Below are positions 28,934 to 38,203 of a DNA stretch of 64,000 bases, in pieces (the stretch's first letter is position 1; each line of letters opens with the position of its first letter). The stretch is from positions 768,001-832,000 of the forward strand of contig CAWDML010000001.1 of assembly GCA_963803435.1 (NCBI GenBank). Direction: 5' to 3'. This stretch comes from an uncultured delta proteobacterium (lineage in GTDB: Bacteria; Myxococcota; Kuafuiibacteriia; Kuafuiibacteriales; Kuafuiibacteriaceae). The notes beneath the pieces were generated by a model. It was not told where the DNA came from. It ran no database searches and saw nothing but the letters and a program-made list of their open reading frames with translations. Made by a program: the position numbers and the translations under genes.

Positions 28934-30292
28934 TCAGCCGGCGAGCCGGCGCGCCACCGTGCGATAGCGGGCCATGACCGCCTCCCGATCGGCGTGCAGA
29001 CCGTCCGTCACCACGCGCTTGCCGGCGACCCAGACCTCGCGGATCGCGCCCTTGGCGGCGCCGAAGATCCAGGCATCGATCGCGCCGTCGAGCGTGCGGC
29101 CCACCAGGCGGGGATGGTCGAGATCGAGCGCGACCAGGTCGGCGCGACAGCCCGGCGCGATCGCGCCTGCCGGCTGGGCGAGGGCCTGGGCGCCGCCGCG
29201 GGCGGCCTGCTCGAGGAGATGGCGGCCCACCCGCCCCTGCTCGTCCTTCAAGAGGTTGCGGCGCTCGTGGATCAAGCGCTGGCCGTACTCGAGCAGTCGG
29301 AGCTCCTCCGCGATATCGACACTCACGTGGCTGTCGCTGCCGATCCCGAAGCGCCCGTTCGCGGCCGCATAGGCCGGCGCGGGAAAGATGCCGTCGCCGA
29401 GGTTGGCCTCGGTGGTCGGACACAGGCCGGCAACCGCGCCGCTCGCCGCCACACTCGCCAGCTCGTCCGGGTCCGCGTGCGTGGCGTGCACGAGGCACCA
29501 GCGAGCGTCGAGGCCGATCTCGTCGAGGAGCCAGCGGATCGGGCGAGCGCCGAGGGCTGCGATCGCCTCCTCCACCTCGAGCCGCTGCTCCGCCACGTGG
29601 ATGTGGATCGGGAGCGCCCGATCGATCCCGTCGATCGCCTCGACCAGCTCTGGACGTCCGACGGCCCGCAAGCTGTGGGGCGCGATCCCCACCCGCGCCA
29701 GCGGATCCGAGCGGGCCGCCTCCGTCGCGCGCTCGACCAGCCGGAGAAACGCGGGCACTCCGTCGCTGGTGAATCGGCGCTGGCGCTCGAGCGCGGGGAC
29801 ACCGAAGCCGCCGTATCGGTACAACACGGGGAGGATCGTGATCGCGATCCCCACCGATCGCGCCGCGGCCAGCAGGCGCGCGCTGTTCTCCGCGGGATCG
29901 TCGTAGGGCACGCCCCCGGGACCGTGATGGAGATAGTGAAACTCGCCGACGCCGGTCATTCCGGCCTCGAGCATCTCGAGGAAGAGCATCTCCGCGATCG
30001 CAAAGAGATCGTCCGGCGTCACCGCGTGCGCCAGCGCGTACATCCGCGTGCGCCAGGTCCAGAACGAATCGACCTGCCCGGGATCGGCGTGCTCGGTCGC
30101 GCCCACCATCGCCCGCTGGAACGCGTGTGAATGCAGGTTGGCTACACCCGGGATCACGACGCCCGAGAGGCGCGTCTCCTCGTGACCCTCGTCCTCGATC
30201 GCCGTGACGAACCCGCGCGCGTCGATGGAGAGATACGCGGGCGAACGCCAGCCGCCGGGCGTCAGGCAGTGCTCCGCCCTCACGACCTGCAC
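28934..30292 (-). CDS. hutF: Formimidoylglutamate deiminase
   Basis: PGVANLHSHAFQRAM, SFWTWR..MY, EFHYLHH, APHSLRAV, HIHVAEQ, CPTTEANLGDG, GSDSH. Confidence 0.95.
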   Translation of the reverse strand: MQVVRAEHCLTPGGWRSPAYLSIDARGFVTAIEDEGHEETRLSGVVIPGVANLHSHAFQRAMVGATEHADPGQVDSFWTWRTRMYALAHAVTPDDLFAIAEMLFLEMLEAGMTGVGEFHYLHHGPGGVPYDDPAENSARLLAAARSVGIAITILPVLYRYGGFGVPALERQRRFTSDGVPAFLRLVERATEAARSDPLARVGIAPHSLRAVGRPELVEAIDGIDRALPIHIHVAEQRLEVEEAIAALGARPIRWLLDEIGLDARWCLVHATHADPDELASVAASGAVAGLCPTTEANLGDGIFPAPAYAAANGRFGIGSDSHVSVDIAEELRLLEYGQRLIHERRNLLKDEQGRVGRHLLEQAARGGAQALAQPAGAIAPGCRADLVALDLDHPRLVGRTLDGAIDAWIFGAAKGAIREVWVAGKRVVTDGLHADREAVMARYRTVARRLAG

Positions 30293-30352
30293 GGCGGCAG
30301 CCTATCAGAAATCCGAGGCACCCGGCCGAGTTGAAACACGGTACAGAGACGG

Positions 30353-31711
30353 ATGCGCCGGAGCTGGGTCCTCGCTCTCTTCCTGAACCTCGCGTGCAAC
30401 ACACGCGATCAGCCACCGGGTACCCGGGACGACGCGGGGACCGACGCCGGCACCTCCGACAGCGGGACCCGCGACGGCGGGACCGAGCAGGCGGGCGATC
30501 CGATCCTCGAGCGGACGCCCGACCTCCGCTACGACTGTGCGGCTGCGCTGCCGGCCACCCGCCCGGAGAACCGAAGCTGGGCGGGCGACAGCTGGACGTA
30601 CGATCTCGTGACCGTCGGCAACGACATCATGTTCGGTCGCATCGAGCGCGAAGGCGATCCGATCGGCATTCCCGCGGAGGTGTACCCCCGGCTGTCGACG
30701 CTCTCCGCCGACGGCACCTTCGGCGCTACGCTCGCGCTCCCGATCCCCTCGCCCGTCGACGTACAGTCGGTGGCGCTCGCGTCGGTCCAGAGCGATCTTC
30801 TGTTCGCCTACGCGACGAACAGCGGCGCCCAGATCCTCCACGTCGCGGGCTCCACGATCGATGCGCCCCAGGTGCTGTTCGCGGTGACCGGCACGCCCCA
30901 GCGCATCGAGCTCGCCACGCGGGACGACGGCGGCGTCGCGCTGTACGGCTCGTACGGGCTCGACAATCGGATCACGTATCTGCTCCGCCCCATCGATCCG
31001 ACCGGTGCGCCCACCGGCCCCTCGTTCGAGGTGGTTCGCTCAACGCGTGCGTTCCTCGACCCGGCCGCCAACGTGATCGCGACCGCCAGCGGGTACGCGG
31101 TGGCGTGGCGCGACGTGGTCGGAGAATCGGGCGAGATCTACCTGCGTCTCTTCGACACCGCCGGCCAGCCCACCGGCGATACCCAGACGATCTACACGCC
31201 GGATCCGAGCCACCTCGCCGGCTATCCCACGGGCTTCAGCGGGACCGCGATCCCGCTCCTCGAGACTGACTCCGGGTTCCTCATCGGCTGGGTCGAGAGC
31301 GTGCTCGGAGGCGAGACGAGCGGAGCGTTCTCGATGGTGGCGCTCGCGAAGCTGGACGCCGGCGGTCACCCGCTCGGAGCGCCGGTGCTCCTCAGGTCGC
31401 CCGAGCTCGAGATCGATTACGTGGAGCCGGAGCTGTTCCACCACGGCGATGCGGTGGGCCTCGCGTGGAGCCGGGGCGATCACATCTACATCTGCGCGGG
31501 CTGCGTGCCCGACCACTCGATCCACATGGTACTCCTGGATCCAGCGCTCCTGATCCCGATCAGCGAGGTCGCCCGGATCGATCCCGGACAGGGCGGCCTC
31601 CTCTATCGGGTGACCGCCTCGAACGGCACGGACATCGTCACCGCGTTCCGCCGCGTCTTCCACGTCACCAGCGAGGGCGCGATCGGATCGTTCCGCTGCA
31701 CGCCGCGCTAG
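30353..31711 (+). CDS. Lipoprotein (DAG/DSG linker, beta-rich)
   Basis: LFLNLAC lipobox, DAGTDAGTSDSG linker typical of myxobacterial lipoproteins. Confidence 0.75.
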   Translation: MRRSWVLALFLNLACNTRDQPPGTRDDAGTDAGTSDSGTRDGGTEQAGDPILERTPDLRYDCAAALPATRPENRSWAGDSWTYDLVTVGNDIMFGRIEREGDPIGIPAEVYPRLSTLSADGTFGATLALPIPSPVDVQSVALASVQSDLLFAYATNSGAQILHVAGSTIDAPQVLFAVTGTPQRIELATRDDGGVALYGSYGLDNRITYLLRPIDPTGAPTGPSFEVVRSTRAFLDPAANVIATASGYAVAWRDVVGESGEIYLRLFDTAGQPTGDTQTIYTPDPSHLAGYPTGFSGTAIPLLETDSGFLIGWVESVLGGETSGAFSMVALAKLDAGGHPLGAPVLLRSPELEIDYVEPELFHHGDAVGLAWSRGDHIYICAGCVPDHSIHMVLLDPALLIPISEVARIDPGQGGLLYRVTASNGTDIVTAFRRVFHVTSEGAIGSFRCTPR

Positions 31712-31782
31712 GTTTGCTTGGCGGACGCCAGCGTGAAAAGGCTTCACGGAGGTGTATCAGGCGCTGGTGGCGGTTCCCGGCC

Positions 31783-31820
31783 GTCGACAGTCGAGAGGTC
31801 GACAGTCGAGAGTTGAGAGG
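31783..31820 (+). repeat. Short tandem GTCGA(C/G)AG-type repeats, copy 1
   Basis: gtcgacagtcgagaggtcgacagtcgagagttgagagg. Confidence 0.75.
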
Positions 31821-31831
31821 GTGCGGAGCCT

Positions 31832-32356
31832 ATGCGCTCCGTTCGGCTGTGCCAGCTCGAGTATCAGTGGTCGGTGGCGCAGATCGAGTACGCGCAGGAC
31901 ATCATCTTCAAGCGCCGTGCCCCATTGCGAGATCTCTTCCGGCGAGCGACCGAGATCGGCGTCTCCCTCGGTGGTTCGACGCAGACGCGGAACATCTTCG
32001 GCCGCGCGATCAACCGCCGGTACCACGGCAAGCTGGAGACCATGCTCGAGCGTCGCAATGACGGACACCCCATCCTGCGAGCCTTCTACAAGACCTCCTA
32101 CGTGAAGCAGTACGAGAAGGGCGACCGTCTGCTGAGGACCGAGACCTGTCTCAACGACACCTATCACCTCGACATCGGCCGCAAGATCGAGAACCTCCCG
32201 GAGGTGAAGGACCGGCTCAGCGTCACTACGGACCGCTATCTCACTCAGCAGTCGGAGATGCTCGACTCGACGGTGGATACTTTCGTGGCTCAATACCGAG
32301 CCCGCACGCACCCCTGTCAACGCTTCGGCCGCGCCCTTGCGGGCACGCACGCATGA
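31832..32356 (+). pseudogene. Internal fragment of a putative mobile-element protein with a Rep-like KQYEK..LRTE motif
   Basis: YQWSVAQIEY..IFGR..YKTSYVKQYEKGDRLLRTETCLND..IGRKIENLP resembles the middle of a ~500-aa protein family; both ends appear missing. Confidence 0.55.
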
Positions 32357-32410
32357 CTCGGGGGCCAGGGTGGATCGCTACTCCTTTCCTGCGCTGAGGT
32401 GATGCGGGCT

Positions 32411-32433
32411 GTCGACAGTCGTGAGTCGAGAGG
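32411..32433 (+). repeat. Short tandem GTCGA(C/G)AG-type repeats, copy 2 (direct orientation)
   Basis: gtcgacagtcgtgagtcgagagg. Confidence 0.65.
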
Positions 32434-32480
32434 TACCGGCCTTCTGTGCACGAAATCGCCGCTTTGCGTGGGCTACGAGG

Positions 32481-32550
32481 CTAGGAGCGTGTAGCGCGTA
32501 AGCGCTCACGCGACCCCGGTCCGGGTCCCGGTCCCGGTCCGGGTCCCGAT
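32481..32550 (+). repeat. Left inverted repeat with (GGTCCC)n hexamers
   Basis: Direct reading; pairs with 33594-33662. Confidence 0.88.
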
Positions 32551-32570
32551 CTGAAGATGGCTGCCTTGAG

Positions 32571-33192
32571 TCAGACGCTCGCGACGGTCGCGAGCTTCGA
32601 TCGGTAGAGCTTGAGCAGGTTGTGGGTGAGGCAGACGAGCGTCCCCTCGGCTCGTACCTTGAAGAAGGAGCGGAGCGAGAACCGGCGGAATCCTCGTGCC
32701 CCTTTGATCTGTCCGAGCGCCGGTTCGACGATACTCTTCCTGCGGGCGTAGACCGCCTTGCCGTCGCGCGTTTGCCACTTGTCTCGCATTCGCTTGCGAG
32801 CGAGCGAGGCAGGTGTGGGCTCCGAAGCTGATGAGGACGGAGTCGACGCGTCTTGGTTCTGTTCGCGTCCAACAGCGATGTGGGCATCGATCTGATTGTT
32901 GTCGCAGAATTCGATGTTGGTCGCGCTCAGATAGCCGTTGTCTGCCGTCATCTTCCGCGGAGCATCGATTCTCGAGAGACAGCCGCTTCTCCTCCTCGGC
33001 CATCCGCTCGTAGGTCATCGCCTTGTGCTTGCTCGCGTTCGCCTGCACCTTCGAGCCATCGAGTGCGACGTGTCCGAGCCGCACCAAACCTGCTTTTTGG
33101 CAAAGCTTCAGGACTTCAAGTCCAGGCGTCGAAGTCGATCCGCCCAACGATCGATTCCAGACGAAACGACCTCCAAGAACTTCGCTGGTCAA
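32571..33192 (-). pseudogene. IS1182-family DDE transposase remnant (internal deletion, frameshift, N-terminus lost)
   Basis: LCQKAGLVRLGHVALDGSKVQANASKHKAMTYERM, then in another frame ADNGYLS..YARRKSIVEPALGQIK..RGFRRFSLR..HNLLKL. Confidence 0.85.
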
Positions 33193-33221
33193 AGTGGACG
33201 AGCTACCGCAAGCTAGCTTGC

Positions 33222-33588
33222 ACGGTCACTTTCGATCACGAGAAGCTCGAGGTCTACCAGCTCGCCGTCGAGTATGCCGACATCGCTGAAGAGATCGCAC
33301 AAGAACTGCAACCCGGTCACGCTCACGTCCGCGATCAGCTTCGGCGGGCATCCGATTCCATCGTGAACAACACCACCGAGGGCACCGGAGAGTTCAATCC
33401 ACCTGAGAAGGCTCGCTTCTACCGGATGGCACTTCGCTCGGCACCGAAAGCGCCGCCTCACTCCACACCTGCTTGAGGCGCCGACTCGCCAACGAGCAGA
33501 AGTCCAAGCCGCCAGAGCCAAGCTCAAGCGCGTTGTCGAGAGGCTCACGCGCCTCATCAAGTCGATGAACGCACGCCGGGATGCATGA
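33222..33588 (+). pseudogene. Four-helix-bundle (23S rRNA IVS / Avd-like) protein, two frameshifts, no canonical start
   Basis: FDHEKLEVYQLA..DQLRRASDSIVNN..EG..EKARFYRMALRSA; continues in shifted frames as TESAASL..ARAKLKRVVERLTRLIKS to TGA 33586-33588. Confidence 0.85.
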
Positions 33589-33593
33589 TCGCC

Positions 33594-33662
33594 ATCGGGA
33601 CCGGGACCGGGACCGGGACCCGGACCGGGCTCGCGGTAGCGCTACGCGCTACACGCTCCTAG
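33594..33662 (-). repeat. Right inverted repeat with (GGGACC)n hexamers
   Basis: atcgggaccgggaccgggaccgggacccggaccgggctcgcggtagcgctacgcgctacacgctcctag. Confidence 0.88.
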
Positions 33663-34030
33663 CGTGCCTTCTGACCGAACGGCCACAGCGCGAGCAACGC
33701 CAGCTTCACGTGCTGGATCGCGAAGGGGATGCCGACGATCGTCACCGCCAGCCCGATCGCCAGCGTGACGTGGCTGAGAAAGATCCAGACGCCGGCGATC
33801 AGGAGCCAGAGCACGTTGCCGATGGTCCCCAGCACGGGGACGCTCTTGTCGCGCTCGATGTCCTTGCCAAAGGGGAACAGGCCGAGCGAGGCGATCTTGA
33901 AGCACTGAAGGCCGAACGGGATGCCGACCACCGTCAGGCAGAGGACCAGGCCCGCAAGAATGTACTCGAGCCAGATGACGAAGCCTCCGCCGAACACGAT
34001 CCAGAGGACGTTGAGGATCAACCGCAGCAT
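33659..34030 (-). CDS. yccF: YccF-domain inner membrane protein
   Basis: Duplicated NVLW....G...L..TxVGIPF..Q..K.A.L.LxPFG repeat; its stop codon lies within the element's CTAG. Confidence 0.9.
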   Translation of the reverse strand: MLRLILNVLWIVFGGGFVIWLEYILAGLVLCLTVVGIPFGLQCFKIASLGLFPFGKDIERDKSVPVLGTIGNVLWLLIAGVWIFLSHVTLAIGLAVTIVGIPFAIQHVKLALLALWPFGQKAR

Positions 34031-34190
34031 GCCCCCGGAATAGACACGCGGGCGGCCCCCGTCCACGCAAGGATGAGACTGCACGAACGCAGCAGGGTGA
34101 CTGCGGCCACCGCCTGGTCTCACGGATGAAGTTTCTTCGGACTCCACCGACATTTCGTGCATAGTTCGGGGTTGGGGCCGTCGATCCCGG

Positions 34191-36041
34191 ATGTTGGTCT
34201 GTCCAAAGTGCGGTTCGACCTACACGCGCTCGCTGGAGTTCTGCGGGCTCGACGGCGAACGCCTCCTCGAATCGTCGATCGACCCGCTGATCGGACGGAC
34301 CATCGACCGCTACCGGGTCGTCGAGGCCGTCGGGACCGGCGGGATGGCGCGCGTCTATCGGGCCACGCACGTGTTCCTGGAGCAGGACTTCGCGGTCAAG
34401 GTCCTCCACGGGCAGATCGCCGCCGACAAGAGCTTCGCCAAGCGCTTCCACCGCGAGGCGATGACGCTGGGCAAGATCAAGCACCGCAATGTGGTGGCGG
34501 TCAGCGACTTCGGATCCACGAAGGAGGGGCTGCTCTTCCTGGTCATGGAGTACCTCGACGGCCCCTCGCTCAGCGAAGCGATCAAGCTCTCGGGACCGTT
34601 CTCCCCGGTCCGCTCTGCCGCGATCGCACGGCAGCTCGCGCTCGGTCTCGGCGCCGCCCACTCGCGCGGATTCGTCCACCGTGACCTGAAGCCCGGCAAC
34701 GTGATCCTCATGCTCGAGGATGCGTTCGAGGTACCCAAGATCCTCGACTTCGGTCTGGTGCGTCTGCTCGAGCCCGACGAGGCGCGCGCGCCCACGCACC
34801 TCACCGCGCACGGACAGATGTTCGGAACTCCGGCGTACATGTCTCCGGAGCAGATCAGCGGAGAGAACGTCGACTCACGCGCCGACCTCTACTCGCTGGG
34901 CGTGATCCTCTATCAGATGATCGTGGGCGCCACGCCGTTCGTCGGCGAGGTCCAGGATCTGGTCCGCCAGCACGTCACCACGCCGGCGCCCCGCCCGGCG
35001 CTCGAGTACGGCGGCCTCACGCCCCTGGCGATGCAGCTGCTGGAGAAGATGCCGGCGAACCGGCTGCAGTCCGCCACCGAGGTCGTCGAGGAGATCGATC
35101 GCCTGGGACTGACCGGCGGCATCGCGCCGCCGCTCCCGCGGCTGCCCTCGCCGCGCCCTTACATCTCCCACGAGCTGCACACGCGAAGCGAGCGCACGCC
35201 GCACGACGAATCGGAGCTGTCGCTCGAGATCGAGCGCACCGCCCGGGCGGCCCTGGGCTTTCGCGCCTACGGGCGCTGGGTGCTGGGCCTCGGCCTCCTC
35301 GCGATCATCGCCTTCGCGCTCTGGGTCGCCGACCAGCAGCACCTGATCGAGCTGCCGCGGCTCTCCTCGGAGGCGGTGGCCGACCCGCCCGATCCCGCGA
35401 TCGCGCCGCCGCCGCCTGCGATCCCTCCGCCGCCGGCCCCCTCCGCGGGGGCCCCGAGGAAGGGGAGGAGCAAGCGCGCGAAGCCGCCCCCGACCGCTCC
35501 CGTGGTGGAGGTCCGCGCGCCCGACCCAACGCCTGCGCCGGAGCCCGCCCCCGAGCCCGCCCCCGAGCCCGCCCGCGACCCGGAGGACGCCCGCCCGCCC
35601 GCATCGTTCGCGGACCTCGACGCCGCCCTGGGCTGGGCGCTGTCCAGCCGCGGCCTCGGGTGGCAGGACGCGGCGGAGGCCGAGCCCGAGGCCGCGGGGA
35701 AGTGGGCCAGGTGGTACAAGCTCCACGCTCCCCCGCCCGCCGGCGAGCTCACCCAGACCTACGACACGCTGATCGCCGCGGCCCGCGGCCTGGTGATCGA
35801 CCGCGACCTCCTGGCCAGCAAGCTGGCCCGCGCCCAGATCGACCTCGCGAGCGTCCCCGGCGACCGCCGGGACGCCCGGTATGACGTGCTGCTCCAGCGC
35901 GCCCAGGAGCTCACGAACGCGGTCCGGGCCCAGCCGCTCGGCGAGCCGGCAGAGCGCCTCGCCGCCCAGATCACGCTGCTCGAGCGCGACGCCGACACGG
36001 CGGTGAGAGAAGCCTCCCGGACCGCCACCAGCACGGAGTAG
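34191..36041 (+). CDS. Ser/Thr protein kinase with N-terminal zinc ribbon, TM segment and Pro-rich region
   Basis: CPKC..FCGLDG, GTGGMARVY, HRDLKPGN, DFGL, GTPAYMSPEQ. Confidence 0.93.
   Translation: MLVCPKCGSTYTRSLEFCGLDGERLLESSIDPLIGRTIDRYRVVEAVGTGGMARVYRATHVFLEQDFAVKVLHGQIAADKSFAKRFHREAMTLGKIKHRNVVAVSDFGSTKEGLLFLVMEYLDGPSLSEAIKLSGPFSPVRSAAIARQLALGLGAAHSRGFVHRDLKPGNVILMLEDAFEVPKILDFGLVRLLEPDEARAPTHLTAHGQMFGTPAYMSPEQISGENVDSRADLYSLGVILYQMIVGATPFVGEVQDLVRQHVTTPAPRPALEYGGLTPLAMQLLEKMPANRLQSATEVVEEIDRLGLTGGIAPPLPRLPSPRPYISHELHTRSERTPHDESELSLEIERTARAALGFRAYGRWVLGLGLLAIIAFALWVADQQHLIELPRLSSEAVADPPDPAIAPPPPAIPPPPAPSAGAPRKGRSKRAKPPPTAPVVEVRAPDPTPAPEPAPEPAPEPARDPEDARPPASFADLDAALGWALSSRGLGWQDAAEAEPEAAGKWARWYKLHAPPPAGELTQTYDTLIAAARGLVIDRDLLASKLARAQIDLASVPGDRRDARYDVLLQRAQELTNAVRAQPLGEPAERLAAQITLLERDADTAVREASRTATSTE
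35541..35574 (+). repeat. 12-bp coding tandem repeat GAGCCCGCCCCC (EPAP linker)
   Basis: About three copies within the kinase Pro-rich linker. Confidence 0.8.
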
Positions 36042-36045
36042 CGGT

Positions 36046-36795
36046 CTATCCCGCCCGTAGCGCGCGCAGCAGCAGCGCCACCGCCGCCAGCCCGGATACG
36101 GCCAGGACGCTCCGCCGCAGGAGCACGCCCTCGACCTTGCCCAAGAAGCGACCGCTCATCGCCACCCCTGCAAACAACGCCGGGAGCATGGCCACCGCCA
36201 GCAGGAGCTCGACCCGCAAGATCCGGTGGGCCAGGACGCGCCCGATGATCGAGATGACCAGACCGATCGCGAAGATCGCCGCCAGGTTGGCTCGGATGGT
36301 CTCGCCCCTCTCGTTCCGGTACAGCAGCGCCAACGGCGGCCCCCCGATGGAGGAGACCATCCCGCCGGCGCCCGAGGCGATGCCCGAGGCCACCTCCGTC
36401 ACCGGGTTCCGGCCGACCTGGATCCGCGTCGAGAACACCAGGACGGCCACCAGGACCGAGCCCCCGATGATCACGTCGAGGATCCGTCCGGTCGCGACGG
36501 ATAGGAGCCAGACACCCACGAGCGCGCCCGGAATGCGCCCGACGAGCACCCAGGTCAAATCCTTCCACACGATCGCGTGCCGCTCGCGGACCGCCATGCT
36601 GAGCGTCAGGGGCAGGGAGAGGAGGAGCTGCGGGACGGGGGCGAATCGAGGGTCAATCAGCGAAAGCAGCGGAACGGAGAGCACCGCGAAGCCCAGACCG
36701 ATGACCCCCTGAACCGCCGCCGCGACGAAGGTGACCACGAGTCCCGCCACCAGGTACTCGGGCGGGATCGAGAAGAGCGCGTCCACCGGAACCAT
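36046..36795 (-). CDS. TauE/SafE-family sulfite exporter
   Basis: AAAVQGVIGLGFAVLSVP, GRIPGALVG, SSIGGPPLAL; highly hydrophobic. Confidence 0.88.
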   Translation of the reverse strand: MVPVDALFSIPPEYLVAGLVVTFVAAAVQGVIGLGFAVLSVPLLSLIDPRFAPVPQLLLSLPLTLSMAVRERHAIVWKDLTWVLVGRIPGALVGVWLLSVATGRILDVIIGGSVLVAVLVFSTRIQVGRNPVTEVASGIASGAGGMVSSIGGPPLALLYRNERGETIRANLAAIFAIGLVISIIGRVLAHRILRVELLLAVAMLPALFAGVAMSGRFLGKVEGVLLRRSVLAVSGLAAVALLLRALRAG

Positions 36796-36883
36796 CTGGA
36801 CAGGGTGCACCCCGACGCGCAAGCGCTCATCGCGGCGGCCCTTTCGCTGCTGCGACTCCAGTCGATTCGTGTACGATGCCGCG

Positions 36884-38203
36884 GTGCTCAGAGTCCGGCA
36901 GCGGCTCGGGAAGTACAGGATCGAGAAGAAGATCGGCGAGGGCGGCTACGCGGTCGTCTATCGCGCCTACGACACCATCGAGGGCATTCCGGTCGCGCTC
37001 AAGGTTCCGAACGCAGGGCTGCTCGACACCGAGATTCTCAAGGACGTGAAGCGCGAGGTGCGCATCAGCGCCACGCTCGATCATCCGAACATCCTCCCCA
37101 TCAAGAACGCCAGCTTCATCGACAAGCGGTTCGTCATCGTCTATCCGCTCGGCGAGCGCACGCTCGGCGAACGACTCCGCGCCCGCGTCTCGACGCGCAC
37201 CGCGCTCGAGTTCGCCGAGCAGATGCTGGAAGCGCTCTCACACGCGCACAAGAACCGCGTCATCCACTGCGACATCAAGCCGGAGAATTTCATTCTATTC
37301 AATGGAAGGCGCCTGCGACTCACTGACTTCGGCATCGCGAAGATCGCGCAGACGCGCTGGACGCTCTACGCCTCGGGTACCGGAACGCTCGGGTACGTCG
37401 CACCCGAGCAGGCGTTCGGAAAGCCGACGCTGCGCTCGGACGTCTTCTCGCTGGGCGTCGTGCTCTATCGAATGTTCGCGGGTCACCTTCCCGAGTGGCC
37501 GTACGAGTGGCCGCCGCCCGGCTACGACCGGTTGAAGAGCACGCTCCCTGCCACGTTCATCCAGTTCCTCAAGAAGGCCCTCGAGATCGACGAGCGCAAG
37601 CGCTTCCGCGACGGCTCGCAGATGCTGGCGGCCTTCCGCCGGCTGAAGCCGCGCGCGCTGCGAAAGGTCACGACGCGCACGAAGAAGCGGACCACCAAGA
37701 CGAACGGGACCAACTGGCGGACCATCCGGATGCGTCAGTTCAAGCGGCAGTACGGGGCGGCCATCGGCACGCACCACACTTGCCGCAGCTGCACAGGACC
37801 CGTCAGCGAAGCGATGCAGTGGTGTCCATGGTGCGGTGTTCGGCGGCGCGTGTACGAGGGGCCGACCCGCTTTCCCCACCGGTGTAAGCGCTGCGGCCGG
37901 GGTCAAAAGCTCGACTGGAAGTACTGCGCCTGGTGCTATGGACCGAGCATGGGTCCGGAGAGCACACGCGAGTACGCGGACGTCCGCTACGCCGCGCGCT
38001 GTCAAAACCCGGGCTGCACCCGGAAGGACCTGATGCCCTTCATGCGCTACTGCCCGTGGTGCCGCACCAAGGTCCGCCGTCCTCCCCGGATCCCGGGCTC
38101 TCGCGACAAGTGCCACACCTGCAACTGGGGCGTGGTGCGCGAGTTCTGGGATCACTGCCCGTGGTGCGGCACCACGACGAGGTCGCGCTCGAGGTCGCGT
38201 TGA
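36884..38203 (+). CDS. Soluble non-RD Ser/Thr kinase with four C-terminal zinc ribbons
   Basis: IGEGGYAVVY, HCDIKPEN, DFGIA, YVAPEQ; eight Cys pairs (CRSC, CPWC, CKRC, CAWC, CQNPGC, CPWC, CHTC, CPWC). Confidence 0.92.
   Translation: MLRVRQRLGKYRIEKKIGEGGYAVVYRAYDTIEGIPVALKVPNAGLLDTEILKDVKREVRISATLDHPNILPIKNASFIDKRFVIVYPLGERTLGERLRARVSTRTALEFAEQMLEALSHAHKNRVIHCDIKPENFILFNGRRLRLTDFGIAKIAQTRWTLYASGTGTLGYVAPEQAFGKPTLRSDVFSLGVVLYRMFAGHLPEWPYEWPPPGYDRLKSTLPATFIQFLKKALEIDERKRFRDGSQMLAAFRRLKPRALRKVTTRTKKRTTKTNGTNWRTIRMRQFKRQYGAAIGTHHTCRSCTGPVSEAMQWCPWCGVRRRVYEGPTRFPHRCKRCGRGQKLDWKYCAWCYGPSMGPESTREYADVRYAARCQNPGCTRKDLMPFMRYCPWCRTKVRRPPRIPGSRDKCHTCNWGVVREFWDHCPWCGTTTRSRSRSR

Larger units (their letters stand above)
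32481..33662. mobile_element. Decayed IS-like element bounded by ~70-bp inverted repeats ending in CTAG
   Basis: Left end ctaggagcgtgtagcgcgtaagcgctcacgcgaccccggtccgggtcccggtcccggtccgggtcccgat is nearly identical to the reverse complement of 33594-33662. Confidence 0.85.

Noticed and set aside
28934-30292. hutF without other hut genes
   Set aside because: Dispersed hut genes are common; absence cannot be judged from one window.
31725-31770. Possible hairpin or ncRNA (ccagcg...cgctgg) after the lipoprotein stop
   Set aside because: A short GC stem is expected by chance; no U-tract or recognisable RNA family.
33222-33588. Four-helix-bundle gene as the Avd of a diversity-generating retroelement
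   Set aside because: No adjacent RT and no TR/VR pair differing at adenines; the intron fragment 30 kb away lacks an RT domain.
32515-33640. Hexamer tracts or GTCGA repeats as a CRISPR array
   Set aside because: No unique spacers, units are too short, and there are no cas genes.
35400-35600. Pro-rich low-complexity and 12-bp repeats in the kinase
   Set aside because: Ordinary linker in myxobacterial Ser/Thr kinases.
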